NCBI GenBank assembly: GCA_947381905.1
Contig: CANCXL010000005.1
Span: 2,860-66,859 of the forward strand
Length of the DNA: 64,000 nt
Reading direction: 5' to 3'
Origin: an uncultured Clostridiaceae bacterium
GTDB taxonomy: Bacteria; Bacillota; Clostridia; TANB77; CAG-465
This document shows, in pieces, positions 17,984-26,786 of this stretch; position 1 is the first letter of the stretch; every line of letters starts with the position of its first letter. The translations under genes and the position numbers were made by a program. The notes beneath the pieces were generated by a model that searched no databases, was not told the DNA's origin, and worked only from the letters and a program-made list of their open reading frames with translations.

Positions 17984-19240
17984 TTGGAAGATAATAATTT
18001 AAATGAAAAAATAGAACAAGAAAACGAAATAAAAGTTAATAAAGTTAAAGTTTTAACAAATGTGATATCTATTGGTGGTGGAATTGTTTTTAGTGTAATT
18101 GTGTTATTTGCACTATATGTAGTTATTCGCCCACAAGTAGAAAGTGATCAAAAAGCTACAAGTAATGTATTTTCTAAAGAACAATTAGAAAGATTAGAGT
18201 ATGCTGCTAAAATAATTGATGGAGACTTTCTATATGAATATGATATGGATAAATTAGTTGATGGTGCAATCTCTGGAATGGTGGATTCACTAGATAATGT
18301 TTATTCGTACTATGAAACAGAAGAAGAGTATCAAGAAAGCTTAAATAGTGGAGCAAATAGTAATTATGTAGGAATTGGTGTTCATTTAACATATGATCAA
18401 GACAATGATGCAATAAGGTGTTTAGGTACAGTTCCTAATTCACCTGCAGAGGAAACTGGAATGCAAGCAGGAGATGTAATAAAGAAAGTTGATGATTTAG
18501 TAATAAATAAGAATACATACACTGAAGGTGTAAATGCTATAAGAGGAGAAGAAGGCTCTTCTGTAAAACTTACTATAATTAGAGGAGAAGAGGTTCTTGA
18601 GTACGAGATAAAAAGAGCTAAAATTACAGAAAATAATGTTACATCAGAAGTTATAGATAATATTGGATATATAAGAGTATATTCTTTTGATAATGGTGTA
18701 TATGAACAATTTAAAGAGGCATATTATACATTAAAAAATCAAAATATAAAAGGATTAATAGTTGATTTAAGAAATAATCCTGGTGGATACGTCCAAGATA
18801 CAATTAATATGCTAAATCTATTCTTACCAAAAGCTGATGTTTTAAGATTAGTAGACAAAAAGGGAAGAGAAAAAGTATATAAAACAGATGATAAAGAACA
18901 AATTGAAATACCATTAGCAGTTGTAGTAAATCAAAATAGTGCAAGTGCATCAGAAATATTTGCAAGTGCAATAAAAGATTCTGGAAAAGGTGTGGTAGTT
19001 GGAACTAAAACTTTTGGTAAAGGTGTTGTTCAATATGTTCAAAGAATAAAAGATCATGGAGCAATAGATATAGTTGCTGCACAGTACTTTACACTTAGTG
19101 GTGTTGAGATTCAAGATAATGGAATAGAACCAAATTTTGTAGTTGAAGTAGATGAATCTATTAAAAATAATATGTATATATCAAGAGATAAAGATATTCA
19201 ATTACAAAAGGCAATAGAATATATAAAAGAACATATGTAA
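17984..19240 (+). CDS. Carboxy-terminal processing protease (S41 family, PDZ domain), membrane anchored
   Basis: PDZ GIGVHL...VPNSPAEETGMQAGDVI; LIVDLRNNPGGY; NQNSASASEIFA; GTKTFGKG. Start uncertain: TTG 17984 lies 8 nt after AAGGAG, and the track ORF begins at TTG 17954. Confidence 0.85.
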   Translation: MEDNNLNEKIEQENEIKVNKVKVLTNVISIGGGIVFSVIVLFALYVVIRPQVESDQKATSNVFSKEQLERLEYAAKIIDGDFLYEYDMDKLVDGAISGMVDSLDNVYSYYETEEEYQESLNSGANSNYVGIGVHLTYDQDNDAIRCLGTVPNSPAEETGMQAGDVIKKVDDLVINKNTYTEGVNAIRGEEGSSVKLTIIRGEEVLEYEIKRAKITENNVTSEVIDNIGYIRVYSFDNGVYEQFKEAYYTLKNQNIKGLIVDLRNNPGGYVQDTINMLNLFLPKADVLRLVDKKGREKVYKTDDKEQIEIPLAVVVNQNSASASEIFASAIKDSGKGVVVGTKTFGKGVVQYVQRIKDHGAIDIVAAQYFTLSGVEIQDNGIEPNFVVEVDESIKNNMYISRDKDIQLQKAIEYIKEHM

Positions 19241-19332
19241 TAAAAATGTAATATAAAAATATAAAATAACGTAGTTGCAGCAAAAGTAACTGCGTTATTT
19301 TACATATTACGACATAAGACGGATAATTTACT

Positions 19333-19361
19333 TTGACAGTTTGTACAAAAAGTGATATAAT
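19333..19361 (+). promoter_or_regulatory. Strong sigma-A promoter of veg with extended -10
   Basis: TTGACA (19333-19338), 17-nt spacer containing TGA, TATAAT (19356-19361). Confidence 0.65.
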
Positions 19362-19427
19362 TCGCCATGTAAGAGAGTTATCTAAGAGGTTGGATTTTTC
19401 TCAATTGAAAAACTAAGAGGTGATAAT

Positions 19428-19712
19428 ATGGTTTCAAAAGATTCATTAATGAAGATTAGACAAGATGTTGAAAACTATGTTGGTCAAGAAATATGTGTAA
19501 AAGCTAATGTAGGAAGAAACAAATGCATTGAAAGAAAGGGGTATATCGATAGTACATATACTAATTTGTTTGTATTTAGAGATTCTGAAACAGATAGCAA
19601 ATTATCATATAGTTACTCAGATTTAGTTACTAATACATTAGAACTAAGTTTACCAACAGGGGAACCTATCACAAGATATGATTTCTCTACACCAAAATAT
19701 ACAAGATTATAA
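19428..19712 (+). CDS. veg: Veg protein (biofilm/sporulation-associated small DNA-binding protein)
   Basis: IRQDVENYVGQEICVKANVGRNKCIERKGYI...YSYSDLVTNTLEL parallels Bacillus Veg LKANGGRRKTIERSG...VSYSYADILT. Confidence 0.85.
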   Translation: MVSKDSLMKIRQDVENYVGQEICVKANVGRNKCIERKGYIDSTYTNLFVFRDSETDSKLSYSYSDLVTNTLELSLPTGEPITRYDFSTPKYTRL

Positions 19713-19754
19713 TTCGCAAATAGCGATCTATAGAGGTAAAAAGATATATGAAGT

Positions 19755-19788
19755 GGAGCTAAAAATAGAGGTTTAGCTCCTATTTTTA
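19755..19788 (+). terminator. First of two tandem terminators after veg
   Basis: GGAGCTAAA-N8-TTTAGCTCC followed by TATTTTTA. Confidence 0.6.
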
Positions 19789-19795
19789 TGTAAAA

Positions 19796-19838
19796 AAGAG
19801 CTAACAAATTGAAATGTTTCAACTTGTTAGCTCTTTTT
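19796..19838 (+). terminator. Second tandem terminator after veg
   Basis: AAGAGCTAACAA...TTGTTAGCTCTT long hairpin followed by TTT. Confidence 0.7.
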
Positions 19839-20006
19839 CGCATTTAAGGAGAGTATATAAATGTATGTTTTGTAAGAAAGAATTTATCTAATGCTGAACA
19901 CTACTATTGTGTTCAACTAATATATACTATGATTGAAGATTTTTTTTGTTACTAAGAATAAAAAATAAATTTTAAAATATATATGTATTAAATGAGGAGG
20001 ATAAAA

Positions 20007-21533
20007 ATGGATATTAGTACAAATAATATGAAATTAAATCTTAATAAATCTAAGGTAACAGAAAAAGAGGAGAAATGGATTGAGCAGGATATAATTGTTC
20101 CAGATAATATGCCAGATGCAATAAAAATAATAAATATTACATCTGTCCCATATATTAATGATGTAGAGATAAATAACAATAGGGCAAAAATAGTGGGAAA
20201 AATAAATTATTCAGTCATGTATATGGCAAATGATGATAACATGAGTGTTAGGGGACTTAATGTATCTTATCCATATACTACAAACATTGAAAGTGGAAAT
20301 ATAAAAAATAAAGATGATGTTGTAATAAAATCAAATTTAAAAAATATTATATATTCTTTACCTAATGAAAGAAAAATCGCTATTAAAAACGAAGTTACTT
20401 TTAATATAAATGTTGTTGAAAAAGTCACAGTAGATATAATAAAAGAATTTCCTAAATGTGAAGATATAGAATGCAAAAAACAAACTACTATGTTTAACAA
20501 TATAAAAGAGAAAAAACGTTCATTAATATGTTCTTGTGAAGATGTTATGCTTCCTAAAGATTGTAGTGCAGTATACGAAATACTTAAAGTTTGCTCAAAA
20601 ATTAAAGATACTGAATATAAAGAAAGCTATAATAAAATAATGCTTAAGGGAATAATTGAATTATGTATTTTATATATTGGAGAAAATAGAAATATTTGTA
20701 ACGCTAAAGTAGATGTTCCGTTTTCTTCAATGGTAGAAAGTGATTGTATAACAGATAACTCATTATTTAATATAGAGTATTGTATAAGAGATTTAAATGT
20801 TAAGATTAATCCAGATATTGATCAAAAGACATTAAATGTAGACTATAAGATAGAAAACTTTCTAACTATATATGAAAAAGAAGAAGTGGAATACATTAGA
20901 GATTTTTATAGTAAAAATAGAGATCTAAAATACGAGGTAAATGATATAGATATAGCAACTTCAAATAATATGCTACAAAAAGAAATTAATATAACAGAGA
21001 CTATTAATGATATTCTGCCAGAAAATAGTAGATTAATTGAATATAATTTGGATACTTCAAATGTTAGTGCCACATTAGATAATGATGTTATAAGAATAAA
21101 CGGAATATCAAAACTTACAGTTATTACACAAAATAAAGATACAGGCGAATTAGACAATAAAACAATAGATATTATGGTAGATAAAAATATATCTATAGAT
21201 GAGAATATGAAAGATGGCAATGTTATTATAGAGATAAAAGATCATAGATTAAATGTTACTCAAAATGGTAATAGTGTTGATATTAAAATTGTTATATATG
21301 TTGATGTTGATGTGGAAAATGTTATGAATATGAGTTCAATTAATAATATTCAAGATTTACCAATAGATTTAAAAAATATAAGTAGTATTAACATTTATGT
21401 TGTAAAAGAAGGGGATAGTATCTGGAAAATTGCTAAAAAATATAAAACTAGCATGGAAAATATAATTAAAACCAATAATTTAGAAAATCCAAATATGATA
21501 GATATAGGACAAAAATTATTAGTAATTAGATAA
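20007..21533 (+). CDS. DUF3794-type repeat protein with C-terminal LysM domain (SipL / SpoVID-like spore coat morphogenetic protein)
   Basis: C-terminal Lys[44 protein letters not shown]. ~500-aa size and architecture as in clostridial SipL. RBS GAGGAGG precedes ATG 20007. Confidence 0.6.
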   Translation: MDISTNNMKLNLNKSKVTEKEEKWIEQDIIVPDNMPDAIKIINITSVPYINDVEINNNRAKIVGKINYSVMYMANDDNMSVRGLNVSYPYTTNIESGNIKNKDDVVIKSNLKNIIYSLPNERKIAIKNEVTFNINVVEKVTVDIIKEFPKCEDIECKKQTTMFNNIKEKKRSLICSCEDVMLPKDCSAVYEILKVCSKIKDTEYKESYNKIMLKGIIELCILYIGENRNICNAKVDVPFSSMVESDCITDNSLFNIEYCIRDLNVKINPDIDQKTLNVDYKIENFLTIYEKEEVEYIRDFYSKNRDLKYEVNDIDIATSNNMLQKEINITETINDILPENSRLIEYNLDTSNVSATLDNDVIRINGISKLTVITQNKDTGELDNKTIDIMVDKNISIDENMKDGNVIIEIKDHRLNVTQNGNSVDIKIVIYVDVDVENVMNMSSINNIQDLPIDLKNISSINIYVVKEGDSIWKIAKKYKTSMENIIKTNNLENPNMIDIGQKLLVIR

Positions 21534-21534
21534 A

Positions 21535-22212
21535 ATGAGAATTAAATATTATAAAGTATCATTAAGGCAAATGAAAAGAACAAAATCATTTGTCTTATTT
21601 TTGATTTTAATTATATTTTTTTCAAGTATAACAACTTTATATAAGCAGGTTATGGAGCCTCTTCTCATTCAGTTTTGTAAATCAAATGCTTATACGCTTG
21701 CAATGGAGTCTACAGAGGAGGCAATAAGGACAAATATTCAAAATATAACATATAATAGTATAATTTCAGAGGTAAGAGATGAAAACGGCAAAATAGTGGC
21801 TTTACAGACCAATACTAATGAATTAAATAAAATATCTAATAATATCGCCATAAGTATTGAAGAAAATATATCATGTAAGAATGAAAGCCGTGTAAATATT
21901 CCTTTAGCATTGTTGTTTAATACTGGAATATTTGGAGGAGCAGGTGTTAGAATGAATATAAAAACGGTTCCAGTAGGAGACACTAAAATTGAATGTATAT
22001 CAGAGTTTGATAGTGTTGGTATTAATCAAACTAGACATAGAATAGTATTAAAAGTAAAAACATATTTTACAATTCTTGCACCAGTATATTTAAAAAATGA
22101 ATGTTATGAAAAGGATGTTGTACTTGCTGAAACAATATTAAATGGTGATATTCCAGAAACATATTATAATTTGGATTTAAAGGAAGATAAGGATCTTCTT
22201 AACTTGACATAA
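21535..22212 (+). CDS. yunB: Sporulation protein YunB
   Basis: N-terminal TM followed by blocks paralleling Bacillus YunB: DENGKIVALQTNTNELNKI, PLALLFNTGIFGG, NQTRHRIVLKV. Confidence 0.7.
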   Translation: MRIKYYKVSLRQMKRTKSFVLFLILIIFFSSITTLYKQVMEPLLIQFCKSNAYTLAMESTEEAIRTNIQNITYNSIISEVRDENGKIVALQTNTNELNKISNNIAISIEENISCKNESRVNIPLALLFNTGIFGGAGVRMNIKTVPVGDTKIECISEFDSVGINQTRHRIVLKVKTYFTILAPVYLKNECYEKDVVLAETILNGDIPETYYNLDLKEDKDLLNLT

Positions 22213-22248
22213 AAAGATAACTATGGTAAAATCACTCTGGGTGATAAA

Positions 22249-22779
22249 ATGAAGATTTTAATAGGAACTAAAAATCCAACTAAAATAGAAGGAGCAAAAA
22301 GGGCCTTTGGGCATTATTTTGAAGACTTCGAAATAGAAGGAGTATCTGTTAATTCAGAAGTGTCAGATGAACCATTAAATAATGAGATCTACTTAGGAGC
22401 TACAAATAGAATAAAAGGCTTAATAAAATATGCCAAAGAAAATGATATTCATGCAGATTATTATATTGCAATTGAGTCTGGTATAACTAATTTACTAGGA
22501 GATTGGTTGCTTTTAAATATTGCTACTATCGAAGATAATAATGGAAATAAAAGTATTGGAAGTAGTGCAGGATTTCCTGTTGCAGAAAAATATTTGGATG
22601 AAATCATAAATACAGATTTAGGAAAAGTAATGGATAAGATATTTAACGAAGATGACTTAAGATCAAGAAAAGGTGGAATATCTATACTTACTAGAGATGT
22701 TATATCAAGATATGATCAAACAGAAGATGCATTTGTTATGGCATTAACTAAATTTATTAATGGTGATTTATGGAAATAA
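22249..22779 (+). CDS. Inosine/xanthosine triphosphatase (DUF84 / YjjX family NTPase)
   Basis: MKILIGTKNPTKIEGAKRAF..., SEVSDEPL, YYIAIESGI, KGGISILT. Confidence 0.75.
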   Translation: MKILIGTKNPTKIEGAKRAFGHYFEDFEIEGVSVNSEVSDEPLNNEIYLGATNRIKGLIKYAKENDIHADYYIAIESGITNLLGDWLLLNIATIEDNNGNKSIGSSAGFPVAEKYLDEIINTDLGKVMDKIFNEDDLRSRKGGISILTRDVISRYDQTEDAFVMALTKFINGDLWK

Positions 22780-22853
22780 CTTAGAAATTCTAAGTTATTT
22801 TTTCTTTTAATATAATTTTTTGTGTGTTATAATAAAGTATAGGTGGTGGTTGT

Positions 22854-23675
22854 ATGTGTAATCTGAAAAATACAAGGGCAATATTTGTAGATATTGATGG
22901 GACACTAACAAATAGTAAAAAACAAGTTACTAAAGAAAATGCAGAAGCTATAAAAAAGGCTGTTGATAAAGGAATATTTGTAATTATTTGTTCTGGTAGA
23001 AATTTTTCCTATGCTGTTGAAAAGTCTAAAAAAGCAAATGCAAGTAATATTGTTATTGTCAGTAATGGTGCACAAATTTATGATTATAGCAAACACCAAT
23101 CAATATATGAAGAAAATATGGATAAAAGTATAGTTAAGAAATTAGTAAATGAACTAAAAAAAGAAGGCGTTGAATTTATACTAAATACTTCAAATACAAG
23201 ATTTGGCAGTAAAGGATTAGTAAGAAAAATAGATGACGACGAATTCTTTTTTGATGAAATAGAAGATATTGGAGATGAACAAATAGTTCAAGTTGTTATA
23301 GAAGTAGATGATTTTAAAACAATGGATAAGGCTGTAAAGACAGTTGAAAAATATGACACTTTGCAAATACTAAGTTTAACAAAAGCATATTTAGAAAAAG
23401 ATTTTTCTGTTAAACATTTTTATGCAGATGTTAATACTAAAGGAATTAATAAAGGAAAAGGAATAAAAAAATTTCTAGAATTGTATAATATAAAAAAAGA
23501 AGAAGTTGTTTGCTTTGGAGACTACATTAATGATAATAAAATGTTTGACGAATGTGGATACAAAGTGGCAATGGAGAATGCAAGTGAAGAGCTAAAGAAA
23601 AAAGCAGATTATATTACTCTTTCAAATGATAATTCAGGAGTAGCATATTTTATTAATAAGTTTATATTAGATTAA
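22854..23675 (+). CDS. Cof-type HAD-IIB family hydrolase
   Basis: IFVDIDGTLTN (motif I), ICSGR (motif II), GDYINDNKMF (motif IV). Confidence 0.8.
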   Translation: MCNLKNTRAIFVDIDGTLTNSKKQVTKENAEAIKKAVDKGIFVIICSGRNFSYAVEKSKKANASNIVIVSNGAQIYDYSKHQSIYEENMDKSIVKKLVNELKKEGVEFILNTSNTRFGSKGLVRKIDDDEFFFDEIEDIGDEQIVQVVIEVDDFKTMDKAVKTVEKYDTLQILSLTKAYLEKDFSVKHFYADVNTKGINKGKGIKKFLELYNIKKEEVVCFGDYINDNKMFDECGYKVAMENASEELKKKADYITLSNDNSGVAYFINKFILD

Positions 23676-23693
23676 CAAAATAAGGGGGATAAA

Positions 23694-24971
23694 ATGCAAT
23701 CAATAAAAGAATTGTTTAAAATTGGAAATGGACCATCTAGTTCTCACACAATGGGACCTAAAAGAGCAGTTGAGATGTTTAAGCAAATAAATCCAACTGC
23801 AGATAAATTTAAAATTAAATTGTATGGTTCTCTTGCACTAACTGGTAAAGGTCATTTAACAGACTATATAATTCTAGAAACCTTAAAGCCAAAAGAAACA
23901 ATAATAGAGTTTGATAATAATTTTGAATGCACAGTACATCCAAATACATTAGATATGTTTGCATATAAAAATGAAAAGTTAATAGATAAGATGAGAGTTT
24001 ATTCAGTAGGTGGCGGAACAATAAAAATTGAGGGAACAAGTGACTATGAAATAGAAGAACTATATAAACTTAATAAATTTGAAGATATAAAAGAATATTG
24101 TATAAGTAAAAATATAAATTTATGCCAATATGTGTATGAAGTAGAAGGTGAGCATGAAATAACAAAATATTTAGAAGATGTATGGAATGCAATGGAAGAT
24201 TCTGTAAAAAGGGGATTGAGTACTACAGGAACAATACCAGGTAGATTGAAATTAAAGAGGAAAGCCAAAGACATATATAATTTTAGCTTGAAGGATGAGT
24301 CACAAGATATAAGAAAATGTAAATTACTTACAAGCTTTGCTTATGCTGTTAGTGAAGAAAATGCATCTGGTGGAGTGATAGTTACAGCTCCAACATGCGG
24401 GGCATCAGGAGTTTTACCAGCAGTATTATACTATATGAAAGAAGAAAAAGGCATTAGCGATAAAAAGATAATTGATGCACTTGCTGTATCTGGGCTTATA
24501 GGAAATATAATAAAGAAAAATGCGTCTATAAGTGGAGCAGAGTGTGGATGTCAAGCAGAGGTAGGCACAGCATGTTCTATGGCAGCTGCAGCGGTAGCGT
24601 ATCTTTTAGGGCTAGACATAGATAGAATTGAAAACTCAGCAGAAGTTGCAATGGAACATCATTTGGGACTAACATGTGACCCTATACTTGGATATGTACA
24701 AATTCCTTGTATAGAGCGAAATGGAGTCGCAGCATTAAGAGCTGTCGACGCTGCATATCTTTCTATGTTTTTAGGACAACACAAATCTATTCCTCTAGAT
24801 ATGGTAATAGAAACTATGTATGAAACTGGTAAGGACTTAAGTAGTCACTATAGAGAAACTAGTGAGGGAGGACTTGCTAAAAAGTATTGTAGGAATAAAT
24901 ACTATAATAAGGATATGAAGCTAGATAATGATGAAGCAATAAGCTCAAAAAAGAGATATACTAAAAAATAG
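23694..24971 (+). CDS. sdaA: L-serine ammonia-lyase, iron-sulfur dependent, single-chain form
   Basis: N-terminus FKIGNGPSSSHTMGP; alpha-domain blocks VTAPTCGASGVLPA, GAECGCQAEVGTA, HHLGLTCDP. Confidence 0.8.
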   Translation: MQSIKELFKIGNGPSSSHTMGPKRAVEMFKQINPTADKFKIKLYGSLALTGKGHLTDYIILETLKPKETIIEFDNNFECTVHPNTLDMFAYKNEKLIDKMRVYSVGGGTIKIEGTSDYEIEELYKLNKFEDIKEYCISKNINLCQYVYEVEGEHEITKYLEDVWNAMEDSVKRGLSTTGTIPGRLKLKRKAKDIYNFSLKDESQDIRKCKLLTSFAYAVSEENASGGVIVTAPTCGASGVLPAVLYYMKEEKGISDKKIIDALAVSGLIGNIIKKNASISGAECGCQAEVGTACSMAAAAVAYLLGLDIDRIENSAEVAMEHHLGLTCDPILGYVQIPCIERNGVAALRAVDAAYLSMFLGQHKSIPLDMVIETMYETGKDLSSHYRETSEGGLAKKYCRNKYYNKDMKLDNDEAISSKKRYTKK

Positions 24972-25107
24972 CATAAGTTCAGTAGTATAAAATCTACTGA
25001 ACTTATCTTATAAAAAAGCAAATCCTTGTAATGCAAAGCAATTTATGATATAATTATGTAATCTTAATATGTTTTGACTAAATTAAAGTAAATTTAGGAG
25101 GTATATT

Positions 25108-25410
25108 ATGGAAGAAATATTAATTAATATTGTAAATCAGATGGAGAAGAAACTTATTTTCGTAGATGAATACCATATTATAAGGTATCTTAATCAATCT
25201 GCTAAGGAGCGTTACTTAAAAAAGGGATATAAGAACTTAATTGGTACATCTATCTTTAAATTTCATAGTGAGGAAACTAAAGAAAAGATAAAAATGGGTG
25301 TTAGAGTTTTAAAGAGCAATAAAACCTTAGTTAAAGTAACTGTTGGTCAAACAGATATTTTTCCTGTATGGATAAAAGAAAGATTTGTTGGATACTATGA
25401 AATATATTAA
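25108..25410 (+). CDS. Small stand-alone PAS-like domain protein
   Basis: 100 aa; the pattern LIFVDEYHIIRYLNQSA...GTSIFKFHSEET resembles a PAS core. Weak call. Confidence 0.4.
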   Translation: MEEILINIVNQMEKKLIFVDEYHIIRYLNQSAKERYLKKGYKNLIGTSIFKFHSEETKEKIKMGVRVLKSNKTLVKVTVGQTDIFPVWIKERFVGYYEIY

Positions 25411-25711
25411 AAGGCTTGAATTAATTTTCAGGCCTTCTTTATATTTGATATATAGTTTTCCATTTCTTCTGGACTAAGCTTTATTGTTGTTACTTTAGGT
25501 TGCTTTACTTTTTTGTTTTTTCTTCTAGTTAAAAAATCTTTTTTTATATAAATCGTTTGTGCAGCTATCGTCAGATAAATCCCCAAAGTTTCTATAGTTT
25601 AAAAGTTGTTCATTGGTAATTTTTAAACTTCTTTTTCTTATTTTCTTTATTTATTCTCCATAGAAAAATCCCACAAACATAAAGTTTGTAGGATTTGTAT
25701 ATAACCACAAA

Positions 25712-26107
25712 TTATCTTTTTGAGAATTGTGGAGCTTTTCTTGCTTTTTTAAGACCGTATTTTCTTCTTTCTTTTACTCTAGAATCTCTAGTTAAAAGAC
25801 CATTTCTTTTTAATACTGTTCTAACTTCTGGATCAGTTGTAGCTAAAGCTTTTGCAATTCCGTGAGAAACAGCACCAGCTTGACCTACGAATCCACCACC
25901 ACATACTGTAGCTTCAACGTCATATTTTTCCATCATGTTAGCAACTGTAAAAGGTTTTAAAACGATAGCTTTTAAAGTATCTAAAGTATAGATTTCATTT
26001 AAATCTTTTTTGTTTATTGTTATTTTACCTGTTCCAGGAATAATGTTTACTCTTGCTATTGAAGATTTTCTTTTTCCTGTTGCATAAATATATTCTTTTT
26101 TTGCCAT
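25712..26107 (-). CDS. rpsI: 30S ribosomal protein S9
   Basis: ...GGGFVGQAGAVSHGIAKAL...RKYGLKKARKAPQFSKR. Confidence 0.97.
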   Translation of the reverse strand: MAKKEYIYATGKRKSSIARVNIIPGTGKITINKKDLNEIYTLDTLKAIVLKPFTVANMMEKYDVEATVCGGGFVGQAGAVSHGIAKALATTDPEVRTVLKRNGLLTRDSRVKERRKYGLKKARKAPQFSKR

Positions 26108-26120
26108 TTTTTAATTCCTC

Positions 26121-26555
26121 CTAAAAATTCCACATTTCAGGTTTTTGAGCTTCATGATTATGCTCAGCACCTTTAAATACTCTTAATTTTGTTAACATTT
26201 CTCTACCTAAAGTATTGTGTGGTAACATTCCTTTAACTGCAAGCATAACTGCTTTGTCTGAATTGTTAGCCATTAAATCTTTGTAAGAAACTTCTTTAAG
26301 ACCAGTCATATAAGAAGAGTGTCTTCTATATTTTTTGTCTTGTAATTTGTTACCAGTTAAAACAATTTTATCTGAATTTAATATGATAACGTTGTCTCCA
26401 CAATCAATGTGTGTAGAATAAGTAGGTTTATGTTTACCTCTTAAAAGTCTAGCTGCTTCTGTAGCTACTCTACCAAGTGGTTTATTAGTTGCATCTAGAA
26501 TATACCATTTTTTTTCAATTTCGTTAGCTTTTACGCTATGTGTAGTATTGTTCAT
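26121..26555 (-). CDS. rplM: 50S ribosomal protein L13
   Basis: KKWYILDATNKPLGRVATEAARLLRGKHKPTY. Confidence 0.97.
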   Translation of the reverse strand: MNNTTHSVKANEIEKKWYILDATNKPLGRVATEAARLLRGKHKPTYSTHIDCGDNVIILNSDKIVLTGNKLQDKKYRRHSSYMTGLKEVSYKDLMANNSDKAVMLAVKGMLPHNTLGREMLTKLRVFKGAEHNHEAQKPEMWNF

Positions 26556-26629
26556 TTAATTTATCCTCCTAAAAATACTTCTTAGAAAGTCAAATTTCCG
26601 GGGTTATAGTTTGACTAACTATACGATAC
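26556..26629 (-). ncRNA. 5' leader of rplM-rpsI with a stem-loop, at the position of the Firmicute L13 ribosomal-protein leader
   Basis: AGTCAAA...TTTGACT hairpin (26588-26616) between the predicted transcription start and the RBS. Identity with the L13 leader family not verified. Confidence 0.3.
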
Positions 26630-26635
26630 TCAAAT

Positions 26636-26664
26636 ATTATACAAAAATTTTACAAAAATGTCAA
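26636..26664 (-). promoter_or_regulatory. Consensus sigma-A promoter of rplM-rpsI
   Basis: Minus strand reads TTGACA, 17-nt spacer, TATAAT. Confidence 0.65.
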
Positions 26665-26786
26665 CCAAAATCATAAATTCTTATGAAAAAAGTACATATA
26701 GAAAAATTTGATGTGAAGTTAAAATACTTGCAAATTATATTTATTTATAGTAATATATTTATATATGAATTAGAGAGGATTTTATA

